Shown here one piece after another: positions 38,299 to 46,844 of a stretch of DNA of 64,000 bases. Source of the DNA: a candidate division WOR-3 bacterium (lineage in GTDB: Bacteria > Hydrothermota > Tepidihabitantia > B3-TA06). The translations under genes were made by a program, and so were the position numbers. The notes under the pieces were generated by a model. It was not told the origin of the DNA, made no database searches, and worked only from the letters and a program-made list of their open reading frames with translations. Positions within the stretch are counted from its first letter, which is position 1. The number at the start of each line of letters is the position of its first letter. Where the stretch lies: positions 51,776 through 115,775 of the forward strand of contig CBFGKC010000003.1 of assembly GCA_965649265.1 (NCBI GenBank), written 5' to 3'.

Positions 38299-39539
38299 TT
38301 CTTGTTCTTCTGGGTCTTGAAGGTTCCCTTAGGAAGTGTCATGAGGTCGTCTGTGGTTCCGTCGCGGCTTTCGGATATTGCTTCGGTTCCCGAGGGATTG
38401 TAGGTTGCAACGGTCGCCGTATTATGCAAGGCATAAAGAAGGCTCTTGACCTTCTCGTAGGATTCCTCTATCTTAGGAGAGGACTCGATTATCTTAACCG
38501 CGTCTTCCGGCCACAGCTTCACCTGATTGACGAATGCCGTAAGGTCATTTTCGAGTCTGTTATGTAAGGCGATGAATGAAGAATCTATAAGTGCTTCTTT
38601 TTCTGCAAGCGTCTTACGGGTGTTTTCAGGGTCGTCGAAATCATTAAAGGGATCATCCTTTTTAGCCGGTGGCAATGCTTTCTTTTCGACTGGTTTGTCG
38701 GCTGTAAATTTTGAGAAGAGCCTCGGAAGTTCTTCGACACCTTTTTTAAGTATCTGGTCGATGGTGATCTCCTCTCCACCAACCGATGTGAATCGTCCGG
38801 TATCGAGGAATCGCGCGAATTGTTCGGGTGCCTTTAGAAATTCTCTGAGCTTTCGTTGAGGAATCCTTCCTAATCCAATTTCTTCTGCTCGTTGAAGAAC
38901 ATTGTCTTTCCCGTACTGTTTGATGAAAGCCTGCCCAAGCCTTTTACGGTAGGACACCTTCATATCACTCCACCCAAACATAACCTGGGCCGCTACACGG
39001 GGTGATTCAAATTCATCTATTACCCAGGGCGCATGTTCCCCTTCACCTAAATAAAGTGCAGCAGCAACACATAATTGTATTTCAGCGAGCGATTTGTTCT
39101 TTACCGCGTCTTCCGCATAACTCAGGGCGGCTTCTCTGTCCTGTGCCATTTCGGAAGAAATCAATATCTCAACTTGTGGCTGCCCTTTTTCCAGTTCGAC
39201 CTTAACCGTAGAACCGATCTTTAAGGTAGTAGGATTCTTTGCCGGAATATTTTTCTTCTCATTCTTGACTTCTTTCTTCACCTTCAGCTCCTTTCCGTGA
39301 ATGGCGATACATTTATCTCTATTATCGTTGAACAAGAGCCTGAGACTCGGCTCGATTTTTTCGAAACAATCCGCACATTCGGCGGGCGTAACGTTTCCCG
39401 AACGTTTGGCGCAAAAGAAGGCCTTAGATAGTTGTAATTCATCCGCTTTGGCCTTCTGGTCGGAAGCGCTCTCCTGAATGACGGAGATTGCTTCCTTGCA
39501 TTTGTGATCCCATTCTTCCGGGGTCATTTCTTCCTCCAT
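38295..39539 (-). CDS. hypothetical early protein with N-terminal Cys4 module
   Basis: Long ORF coupled to the transposase; start 39539 or 39527 (GGAGG); FFCAKR...C..C...C. Confidence 0.65.
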   Translation of the reverse strand: MEEEMTPEEWDHKCKEAISVIQESASDQKAKADELQLSKAFFCAKRSGNVTPAECADCFEKIEPSLRLLFNDNRDKCIAIHGKELKVKKEVKNEKKNIPAKNPTTLKIGSTVKVELEKGQPQVEILISSEMAQDREAALSYAEDAVKNKSLAEIQLCVAAALYLGEGEHAPWVIDEFESPRVAAQVMFGWSDMKVSYRKRLGQAFIKQYGKDNVLQRAEEIGLGRIPQRKLREFLKAPEQFARFLDTGRFTSVGGEEITIDQILKKGVEELPRLFSKFTADKPVEKKALPPAKKDDPFNDFDDPENTRKTLAEKEALIDSSFIALHNRLENDLTAFVNQVKLWPEDAVKIIESSPKIEESYEKVKSLLYALHNTATVATYNPSGTEAISESRDGTTDDLMTLPKGTFKTQKNKK

Positions 39540-39547
39540 TACTGATG

Positions 39548-39700
39548 ATCGTTCCTCCCTTAAGATTGGCGGCGCGAGTTGCGCAACCCGCGCCGCTTTC
39601 ATCGGTAAGGGAGGAGGTTACGTTGAGTTTGATAGGGCGACCGCCGCCGAGCGTTCGGAGCTGAGGAATGAGTCCGTGCCCGGCGGCGGCATTCTTTCCT
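39548..39700 (-). ncRNA. candidate structured RNA with anti-Shine-Dalgarno loops
   Basis: Three consecutive hairpins; loops CAUUCCUC and CCUCCUCCC; GC-rich third stem. Confidence 0.4.
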
Positions 39701-39722
39701 TCGTTGGCTACGAGGCTAAAGC

Positions 39723-40313
39723 TCATCGCACACCTTCAATATTCAATTCCACAGGCAGCCCCAATTTCGCTAGTTTCTCCGGTGACCCGTAAAAATGCCG
39801 AGCGCATGCTACCTTACGTCTATGGATCTCTGTCTCTCGCGAATGCAAACTGAACATATTTGCTTCGTTTTCCTCGTCGGTTAGAGGAACGTAATAGCCA
39901 AGAGGAAGCTTATTCGTACTCGCAACGTAATAGTCCTTTTCGAGCAGCATGTCCCGAATACTTTTTCTCAGAGAATCGTCCGACAGGTGATATGATCCGA
40001 AGCCTTCCGTCGAAAGTCTTTTCCTTATCTCGTGTGAAGTCATCGCATTCCGCATCCCTCTCGCGTGTACCCACAAGAGATTCCAGATCGCTTTTTCCAG
40101 GACAGTCAAAGGTTCCTTTTCGAAAGCAGGACGCGCGATCACTCGATAAGCCGCGATACATTCAGCATGAGATTTGTTAAAAGCTTCCTTACCTTGAAGC
40201 CAACAAGCCTGGCATTTCGAGGGCGTAACCCCTGCGTTCCTTTTGGCGCAAAAGAACGACCTCGAAACATTCGCCACCGACTTATTCGCGGCTTCTATCC
40301 CCAGCTGTTCCAC
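39723..40313 (-). CDS. Cys4 module + winged-helix phage protein
   Basis: FFCAKR...CQAC...C; NAMTSHEI...LRKSIRDM...GYY. Confidence 0.65.
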   Translation of the reverse strand: MEQLGIEAANKSVANVSRSFFCAKRNAGVTPSKCQACWLQGKEAFNKSHAECIAAYRVIARPAFEKEPLTVLEKAIWNLLWVHARGMRNAMTSHEIRKRLSTEGFGSYHLSDDSLRKSIRDMLLEKDYYVASTNKLPLGYYVPLTDEENEANMFSLHSRETEIHRRKVACARHFYGSPEKLAKLGLPVELNIEGVR

Positions 40314-40314
40314 T

Positions 40315-40767
40315 TCATTCCTTTACGGTACGGATCACGCAAACAGATTTTATGTTCCTTGAAGCGCCAAGCTTTTTGAGATCGGCGTCACCGAGTCTCT
40401 TAAGAGCGAGAACATCTATGGAATGCTTTACGGCGAATCCGTCCGGATAACGTTCGTCTAGGAGACGCAGCGTCTTAGCCTGATCAGTGATCACGAGTTC
40501 GTCGGTATCCTTGAAGAGCACGGTTCCGGCGTCGAATTTCTTGGACTTGCCGCCGAACTCCGCGAAATGATTGCGGCAAAACTTTTCTATGGCCGTCTTG
40601 CGGCCTTCTATCTCGGCCTGCCAGGCTTCCGTTTCCTCTTCGTATTTTTCCTGCGCCACCGCGATCGCGGCGTCGGCCTTCTGACGTTTCATTTCTACGA
40701 GTCTTTCGAGTTTACGAATCTCGACGAGCTCGGCGTTAACGTCTGGGAATCCTCTGATTCTTTTCAC
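40315..40767 (-). CDS. gam: Mu Gam-like host-nuclease inhibitor (DNA end-binding)
   Basis: Coiled coil then FC..H..EF..KSKKFDAGTVLFK; 150 aa; AAGGAG + GTG. Confidence 0.82.
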   Translation of the reverse strand: MKRIRGFPDVNAELVEIRKLERLVEMKRQKADAAIAVAQEKYEEETEAWQAEIEGRKTAIEKFCRNHFAEFGGKSKKFDAGTVLFKDTDELVITDQAKTLRLLDERYPDGFAVKHSIDVLALKRLGDADLKKLGASRNIKSVCVIRTVKE

Positions 40768-40863
40768 TTCGTCTCCTTGCTTTTAATAATGTGATGCTCT
40801 CTTGTAATGGCCGCCTCCCTTGTGTAGAATTTTAACGTCAACGAACATGCAAAGGAGACGGCC

Positions 40864-41136
40864 ATGATCTTTTTAGATGAAGGGATTCCTTCTCTTCCCC
40901 CAACTGGATACAAGGTTTTGGATGAAGCATTTGCATTTGCTCTGACCAATGCAAGCGGAAGAACCTTTGAATCGGAGGGAGGATTAGTGCTTCTCATTTT
41001 AACAACCGTGCTAGAAAACATAGGACCCGACTTAAACAACCGGTTAACCCGCATTGAAAATCTTTTACCTGAACTGGAGAAACTTCTACATAATGCACGT
41101 GAGACATCCATTCGAGGAGAAACTCACCCAGGATAG
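40864..41136 (+). CDS. small hypothetical protein, antisense to the early operon
   Basis: AAGGAG RBS; TTGTAA-17-TAGAAT upstream; occupies the gap between ner and gam. Confidence 0.55.
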   Translation: MIFLDEGIPSLPPTGYKVLDEAFAFALTNASGRTFESEGGLVLLILTTVLENIGPDLNNRLTRIENLLPELEKLLHNARETSIRGETHPG

Positions 41137-41142
41137 ACGTTA

Positions 41143-41586
41143 TCACTTCTTTCTCCTTTTTGGGAATGCCTCGTCTACTCGCAGTCCTAAAACACGGGCT
41201 ATGGCCTTCTGGAGTTTCTCGTTGGTTCTTTCACCTCTGATCGTTCTTTGAATTGAATCGGGTGTTATTTTGATACCAAACTGCTCATAGACGAGGTCTG
41301 CAATTCTTACGAAACTGATTTCCTTTCCCCCTTTTTCGAGCGGTTGAATCATCCTCTGTCTGATCACAAGGGTATTCGCTTCTCTTTTATAACCTTTCGG
41401 GTATTTCTTGACAGTTACTGTTTTTACAGTATTATCCGATGTCGGTTTAACGACATTTTCAATATGGGAGCTGAAATGAGAAACATCCTTGGAGCTTTTG
41501 CGCGTCTTTTTCGTTGCGCGCTCGCGACCGAGGGTGAGTTTAGAGGAGGCTGATTGAACTCTGGCTCTGTTAGGTGTCGTGTTCAC
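41143..41586 (-). CDS. Ner/Cro-like DNA-binding protein
   Basis: C-terminal IADLV...SIQRTIRG...LQKAIARVLG..V.E.FP; divergent from the repressor; true start uncertain. Confidence 0.65.
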   Translation of the reverse strand: MNTTPNRARVQSASSKLTLGRERATKKTRKSSKDVSHFSSHIENVVKPTSDNTVKTVTVKKYPKGYKREANTLVIRQRMIQPLEKGGKEISFVRIADLVYEQFGIKITPDSIQRTIRGERTNEKLQKAIARVLGLRVDEAFPKRRKK

Positions 41587-41592
41587 GACATT

Positions 41593-41660
41593 ATTATAAC
41601 CAATCGTATATCATTGTCAAGTCCCTTTCGTGCATACTTAATCACTAACGGTGTTAATTA
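41593..41660. promoter_or_regulatory. lysis/lysogeny switch: early promoter and candidate operators
   Basis: Minus TTGACA(41620)-16-TATAAT(41598); imperfect palindromes CAATcgTATAtcATTG (41601-41616) and TTAAtCAC-N5-GTGTTAA. Confidence 0.7.
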
Positions 41661-42635
41661 ATGAGCACGATTGGGGATAGGATAAAAGAAGTACGCAAAT
41701 TGCGGGGAATATCAGCAAAAAAGTTAGGCCAATTGTTAGGTGTTTCTCAATCGGTCATCGCAAAATGGGAAACAGGCGCAAGAAAAAACTTACGTTCAGA
41801 TTCCGTCAATAGGCTTGCAGGAGCATTAAAAGTTAACACCCAATGGCTTTTAACTGGTGAAGGGCAAATGGAGAAATCCGAAAATAATAGCTCCGATTTA
41901 CACCGCGGTGTAAATTCGGGTTCGTATTTACGCGACTTAGATGTAGAATCCTTGGATTCTAAGGCTGTAGGGAATCGAATCCGGGAGGCAAGGGAAAGTT
42001 ATCCAAATATTACATACGGAGTCGATCCTGTGGGTATTTCTCAAGCCAAGTTGGCGGACAATATCAAGGTCGACAGCAGTCTAATATCAAAGTGGGAATC
42101 GGGCGAACGCGTTCCAGGGAAAGAGCAGTTCGAGCCTCTCGCGAACGCGCTGGGTGTCAAGCTTCGGTGGCTCTTAAGTGGTGAAGGTAAAAAGGACAGG
42201 TTTCCCGTGCCTCCCTCGAAGCAGTTACAACCTGCTTCGGGTGAAATGCGCGAGGTGCCTATTTTGGGATACGTGCCCGGCAGTGATCCTTTCGCGCCGG
42301 GACATGAACCAGAAGGGAGCATCATGGTGCCACTCGAAGTATCGGAGCATCCTGGGCTGTTTGCCCTTTACATCAGGGGGGATTCAATGTCCCCTAAAAT
42401 AGAAGACGGTGATCTCGTGTTCATAGAACCCGTTGAAGGCGAACTTCGGACGGGTTCAATCGTAGTAGCCCTGATTCAGGGTGAAACCACATGCAAGATT
42501 TTTAAGCGAACCGGTTCGGGAAAACCCATGCTGGTTCCTCTCAATCCCGTAGTCGAACCTATTTACTTAACCGACGACGGAGATAGAATATTAGGGGTCG
42601 TCGCAGGAAGTTACCGGGTGTTCAAACCCCTTTGA
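41661..42635 (+). CDS. CI-like repressor with two XRE HTH domains and an S24 peptidase domain
   Basis: Two IG.RI...WE.G...LA.AL.V...WLL.GEG units; GDSM (Ser) and TCK (Lys). Confidence 0.9.
   Translation: MSTIGDRIKEVRKLRGISAKKLGQLLGVSQSVIAKWETGARKNLRSDSVNRLAGALKVNTQWLLTGEGQMEKSENNSSDLHRGVNSGSYLRDLDVESLDSKAVGNRIREARESYPNITYGVDPVGISQAKLADNIKVDSSLISKWESGERVPGKEQFEPLANALGVKLRWLLSGEGKKDRFPVPPSKQLQPASGEMREVPILGYVPGSDPFAPGHEPEGSIMVPLEVSEHPGLFALYIRGDSMSPKIEDGDLVFIEPVEGELRTGSIVVALIQGETTCKIFKRTGSGKPMLVPLNPVVEPIYLTDDGDRILGVVAGSYRVFKPL
41896..41915. repeat. perfect 20-bp palindrome inside the repressor gene
   Basis: ATTTACACCGCGGTGTAAAT. Confidence 0.8.
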
Positions 42636-42686
42636 AATAGCAGTTTCGATTAAGACCTAAAGTACCACCGCGCGCTCAAAAAAACC

Positions 42687-42732
42687 TCGACACGCGCAAG
42701 CATACCAGCACAATTTAAGCGTGAACGTTCAC
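42687..42732 (+). promoter_or_regulatory. candidate late promoter with adjacent palindrome
   Basis: TCGACA-16-CACAAT followed by GTGAACGTTCAC (42721-42732). Confidence 0.4.
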
Positions 42733-42752
42733 TCTCATTCTGGAGGTAGCGC

Positions 42753-43895
42753 GTGAAGAAATCCAAGAAGATTTTTCGTGTTCCTACCTATCACCCACGA
42801 TTCGAAATCACCAGAGAAGTGATCCGCGAGATTGCGGCTTCGTACGATCCCTCCCTTCAAATAGCGCCTTTGAAACCCGGACACCAGAGCCAACCGGGAA
42901 CGCCCGCTTTCGCCTGGTTCAAGGAAATCCGGGCAGTAGACGATTATCTGGAAGTGGTATTCGACACCGATCTCGTGACGAAGGCGGGGTTTGCAGCCTT
43001 AAAGAGCGGCAACTTCAAGACCGTTTCTCCGGAGTTTTACCCTCCCGACTCTCCCTACAATCCGACGCCCGGCAAGTGGTATTTCAAGGCGCTCGCTCAT
43101 CTCGGCGCGCAGTCGCCAGCGGGAAAAGGACTCGACACCATCGACGCTTCAGACCTTGAAGGATTCACACCCCCGGAAACGTGGAAAGTCGCCGAAGCAC
43201 TCGCTTTCGAGGAAGGCGAGCGGGAAAACGAATCTTATCTGGTGTTCGATCAGGAACCCGAAAAAGGAAAATCCAAAAACAACCTCGACCCAGGAGGTCA
43301 AGTGAAAAGACTGAAAGAAATCGTCCTGGCCGCGATCAAAGGGATCGTGCCGGACGACAAACTGGCTGAGTTCGGCGAGAAGATCGCGACTGAAGTCTCG
43401 AAAGGGATAGACGTCGCCAGCTTCTCCGAAGAAGACAAGGCTGTAATGGTTCTCGTTGAGAACCTCGCCAAGGCTCAGGCCGTAGCCTTTACCGAGCAAG
43501 GCAAGTCGCAAAAGACGGAAGCCGAACTCGCAGCAGCCCGCAAGGAACTCGCAGAGTTCTCGGAAAAGAGCCGCCGCTCGGTCATAGAAGCGAAAGCGGA
43601 CTCGCTTTCTCGCTCAGGAAAGCTTCCCCCGAAGCGCAAGGAAGAGTTCGTGAAGCTCGGCATGGCCTGCCCTACCGACGAGACGACTTACGTCGCCTTC
43701 ACGGAAAAGGACGGCAAGGCCTCGAAACGCTCTCTCTTCGACTCTTTCTGCGCGTTCTTCGAGGAGTTCGTTCCGGCCAACCAGGCCGTCATCGACGAGG
43801 TGTCCAAGCCCGAAGGGAAGACCGCCGACTTTTCGGAACAGGACAAGTCCATCGACGACATAGTCAAGCGCAATTCGGGAGGTCGCAATGGCTGA
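42753..43895 (+). CDS. Mu I-like prohead protease/scaffold
   Basis: AP...GH...PAFAW, FKTVSPEFY, LAHLGAQSPAGKGL; coiled C-terminal half with GKLPP. Confidence 0.85.
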   Translation: MKKSKKIFRVPTYHPRFEITREVIREIAASYDPSLQIAPLKPGHQSQPGTPAFAWFKEIRAVDDYLEVVFDTDLVTKAGFAALKSGNFKTVSPEFYPPDSPYNPTPGKWYFKALAHLGAQSPAGKGLDTIDASDLEGFTPPETWKVAEALAFEEGERENESYLVFDQEPEKGKSKNNLDPGGQVKRLKEIVLAAIKGIVPDDKLAEFGEKIATEVSKGIDVASFSEEDKAVMVLVENLAKAQAVAFTEQGKSQKTEAELAAARKELAEFSEKSRRSVIEAKADSLSRSGKLPPKRKEEFVKLGMACPTDETTYVAFTEKDGKASKRSLFDSFCAFFEEFVPANQAVIDEVSKPEGKTADFSEQDKSIDDIVKRNSGGRNG

Positions 43896-44274
43896 GTCTT
43901 ACGGAGTAACGACCGACTCCAGGGCGGCGGACAACCTCATCGCAGGGAGTCATCCCGCGATTCAGATTCCGGTGGTCCTGGGTTCGGGGGCAGGGGATCT
44001 CGCAAGAGGCCAGCTCCTGGGTCGCAAGACTTCGGACAACAAGTACTACAAGTTCACGCCGGGTGGTTCCGACGGAACCGAAGTTCCCCGCGCCATACTT
44101 ACGAGAGCCACTAACGCCGTCTCCGCGGACGCGAAAACGACCGCATACGTGCACGGCGAGTTCAACGAAGCGGCCATAGACTGGAACGGGGCAGACTCGA
44201 CCCAGAAAGCGGCCGCGAAGCGCGCTCTCCAGGATTCATCGATCTTCGTCGAAACCATCGCACCCGCAGCATAG
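43888..44274 (+). CDS. head decoration protein (HDPD / lambda gpD-like)
   Basis: DNLIAG, LARGQLLG, DGTEVPRAIL, AYVHGEFN. Confidence 0.85.
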   Translation: MAESYGVTTDSRAADNLIAGSHPAIQIPVVLGSGAGDLARGQLLGRKTSDNKYYKFTPGGSDGTEVPRAILTRATNAVSADAKTTAYVHGEFNEAAIDWNGADSTQKAAAKRALQDSSIFVETIAPAA

Positions 44275-44283
44275 GAGGTAGAA

Positions 44284-45303
44284 ATGCCAGTTACAGTCAA
44301 CATCTTCGAACCCAGATACATGACCGGCCTGGTCAACAAGATTCCCACAGCACCATCTTTCCTCGTGGATACCTTCTTCAATCGCTCAGTCCCTGTATTC
44401 GCCGAGCACGTCGATCTCGACGTAGTAGTCGGCGGACAGACCCTCGCTCCGTTCGTTACCGTCACCCAGCCTGGCGTGGTGGTGGAAAAGGTCGGACAGG
44501 CCGTCCAGTCGGTCAAGCTTCCCCGTATTCGCATGAAGAAGGCCTTCTCGCACCAGGACCTCTATGGAAACCGCGTTCCCGGGGGAATGATTCACGTCGA
44601 TCCTTCAGCCTTGCAGCAGGCCCGCGAGGACACCCTGTTCAGGGATCAGCAGGACCTCAAGAACATGGTGATGCGCCGTCTTGAATGGATGGCCGCAAAA
44701 CTACTTTCCACCGGAAAGATCACCTATTCCGGGGAGCGAGTCGAATTCGAGGTCGACTTTCTCCATCCCTCGACTCACAAGGAAACCCTGGCCGGCGCGG
44801 ACAGGTGGAGCGAGACGACCGCCAAGATCATAGCGAACATTCGCGCCTGGAAGAGGAAGATCACGAATTCGACGACCTTCGACCCAGATATCGCGATCTG
44901 CGGAACCGCAGTTGCGGACGCCCTGTACGCCAACGCCGAAGTGCGCGCTCTTCTCAACAACAGAAACATCTCTCTCGGTGAGCTTGCCATAGGCAAGAGC
45001 AACTACATAGGCCGCCTCGCCGGCGTAGACATCTACGAGTACGGCAAGGAGTACAAGGACGACGACGCCACGACCAAGACGTTCATCGCGCCCGATCAGT
45101 TCATTCTCGTCGCTCGCAACGAGAACTTCGTGAGGCACAGCGGAGTTATCCAGGACCTCGATACGCCGGGCGTGACCGCGATGGAGTACTTCTCCAAGGG
45201 CTGGATGGAGCCTGACCCGTCGCTCTACTGGATTCTAGTGGAATCCAGACCCATGCCCGCTTGCAGCTGGCCGGAAAGCTTCTTCATCGCCGACGTGCTC
45301 TGA
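44284..45303 (+). CDS. major capsid protein (Phage_cap_E type)
   Basis: FLVDTFF, LAPFV, RRLEWMAA..L.TGKI, W...DPS...LVESRPMP. Confidence 0.92.
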   Translation: MPVTVNIFEPRYMTGLVNKIPTAPSFLVDTFFNRSVPVFAEHVDLDVVVGGQTLAPFVTVTQPGVVVEKVGQAVQSVKLPRIRMKKAFSHQDLYGNRVPGGMIHVDPSALQQAREDTLFRDQQDLKNMVMRRLEWMAAKLLSTGKITYSGERVEFEVDFLHPSTHKETLAGADRWSETTAKIIANIRAWKRKITNSTTFDPDIAICGTAVADALYANAEVRALLNNRNISLGELAIGKSNYIGRLAGVDIYEYGKEYKDDDATTKTFIAPDQFILVARNENFVRHSGVIQDLDTPGVTAMEYFSKGWMEPDPSLYWILVESRPMPACSWPESFFIADVL

Positions 45304-45313
45304 GAGGTGCGGT

Positions 45314-45754
45314 GTGGATAAGAAAACTTTCACCGATTGGTGCTTTCAGTTCGGCATAGCCAAAGAAAAGGCGGCCTCCTTGTCGGAGGCCGCCGGCATC
45401 ACCGAAACCGACACGTTCACCGAGATTCAATTCCGCAAGATGGTTCCTATGACTGTCGAAGACTGGCTTAGGGTGACCTCTTCCATCAAAGCTGCCGAAC
45501 GTGAAGAATTCTGCGGTAAGTATGGATTCAAACTCGCCGACGAGATCGACGAGGAAACCTTCAAGGAGGCCGTCAAGGACTTCGCGAAGTCGAAAGAAAC
45601 GACCTCTTCTCCTTCGACTGAAGAAGGAGCGCTCTTCAAGGTTTTGTCGCCTATTCGTATCGGCGGAGAAAGGTACGAACCTGGTTCAGAGGTTAACCTT
45701 TCGACATGCTCCGCCCAGGAAATCGCCCGGTTGAAAGCGAAGAGAGTGATCTAG
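45314..45754 (+). CDS. hypothetical virion-associated protein
   Basis: Two short internal repeats plus C-terminal VLSPIRIGGERYEPG module. Confidence 0.6.
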   Translation: MDKKTFTDWCFQFGIAKEKAASLSEAAGITETDTFTEIQFRKMVPMTVEDWLRVTSSIKAAEREEFCGKYGFKLADEIDEETFKEAVKDFAKSKETTSSPSTEEGALFKVLSPIRIGGERYEPGSEVNLSTCSAQEIARLKAKRVI

Positions 45755-45758
45755 AGAA

Positions 45759-46235
45759 ATGGCCACTGGTGACGGTCGGTACATTACCATACAGGACGTT
45801 AAGGACGAAATCCCGGACAAGCTCCTGAAGTGGGCGACGTACGGAGTCGATCACGAAGATCAGTCACCGACCGTCTGGACAGTGGACGAAACGAAGATAG
45901 CCAAGACGATACGATTCGCGGAAGGCGACGTAGACTCGAAGATATGCAAGCGCTACCGCGTTCCGTTGGATCTGAGTGCCATAACGGATGAGGCTGCCCG
46001 TGACGTAATCGTCCAGGCAGCCTTGCTCCTTACCGTCCACAAGCTTTACGACAGGATAGGGCACGGCGAGGATGTACGTTCGAGACTCGCTCAGGCTCTA
46101 TCGAGGCTCGACGGAATAGCTACCGGAAACATGGAGTTGCCGGGTGCGGAGAAGCAAGCGAGGAAAAGAATTTACCACGACGCGCCGAAAAGGGTATTCG
46201 GAGATTCGGCGCGTGAGGGGAATCTGGAGGATTAG
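45759..46235 (+). CDS. Mu gp36-like head-tail adaptor (DUF1320)
   Basis: YITIQD, AEGDVDS...RYRVPL, AL..L..IA.G...L. Confidence 0.85.
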   Translation: MATGDGRYITIQDVKDEIPDKLLKWATYGVDHEDQSPTVWTVDETKIAKTIRFAEGDVDSKICKRYRVPLDLSAITDEAARDVIVQAALLLTVHKLYDRIGHGEDVRSRLAQALSRLDGIATGNMELPGAEKQARKRIYHDAPKRVFGDSAREGNLED

Positions 46236-46844
46236 GTGAGTGCTACGGAAAGAATTTCCCTGGACGCCCTGATTACCCGGTTGGGTAATGCGAACACCAC
46301 GTTCGCGAATCCTCAGGACTTTCTGGAAGATGTAGGACTCGCTCTGGAAGGAACCACCAAGAAAAGATTCGACGAGCAGTCGTCTCCCGATGGCTCACCC
46401 TGGAAGCCCCCTTCAGCCTTGACCATATACTTGCGTTCAGGCTCTAAAGGCGGCGAGAAAGCGCTCCAGGATACGGGCGCCCTCTTGTCGTCCATATCGC
46501 ATTTCGTAGAGAGCAACGTCGTTCATGTAGGTTCGGGTCTCATTTACGCAAGGATTCACCAGGAAGGCGGAACCATATCGGCAAAGAACGCTCCAGCCCT
46601 TACCATCCCGCTCCATCCTGCAGCGCGAAGGATGGGATACAAGAGACTAAAAGAAAAAGGCCTCTTCAAACTGCCCGGAAAGCCCGTCCTTGCCTTGCCT
46701 GCTTCGGACGGTAGCGTTACACCCATGTTCGCTCTCAAGAAGAGCGTCAATATCCCTCAACGAAAATTCCTCGGTCTTTCCCAGGACGACGAGCGGATAC
46801 TCGCAAAGATAGTTTTCGACCACGCTGACAGGAGTCTTTCCTGA
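46236..46844 (+). CDS. virion morphogenesis protein (Mu G / P2 S family)
   Basis: RFDEQSSPDGSPWKP, LQDTG.L..SI, YARIHQEGG, IPQRKFLGLS. Confidence 0.92.
   Translation: MSATERISLDALITRLGNANTTFANPQDFLEDVGLALEGTTKKRFDEQSSPDGSPWKPPSALTIYLRSGSKGGEKALQDTGALLSSISHFVESNVVHVGSGLIYARIHQEGGTISAKNAPALTIPLHPAARRMGYKRLKEKGLFKLPGKPVLALPASDGSVTPMFALKKSVNIPQRKFLGLSQDDERILAKIVFDHADRSLS

Noticed and set aside
39542-39640. Hammerhead ribozyme suggested by CTGATGA followed by a stem
   Set aside because: No GAAA core after stem II and no closing stems I/III on either strand
42721-42732. GTGAACGTTCAC as a LexA SOS box
   Set aside because: Lacks the N4 spacer of GAAC-N4-GTTC; kept only as a generic operator candidate
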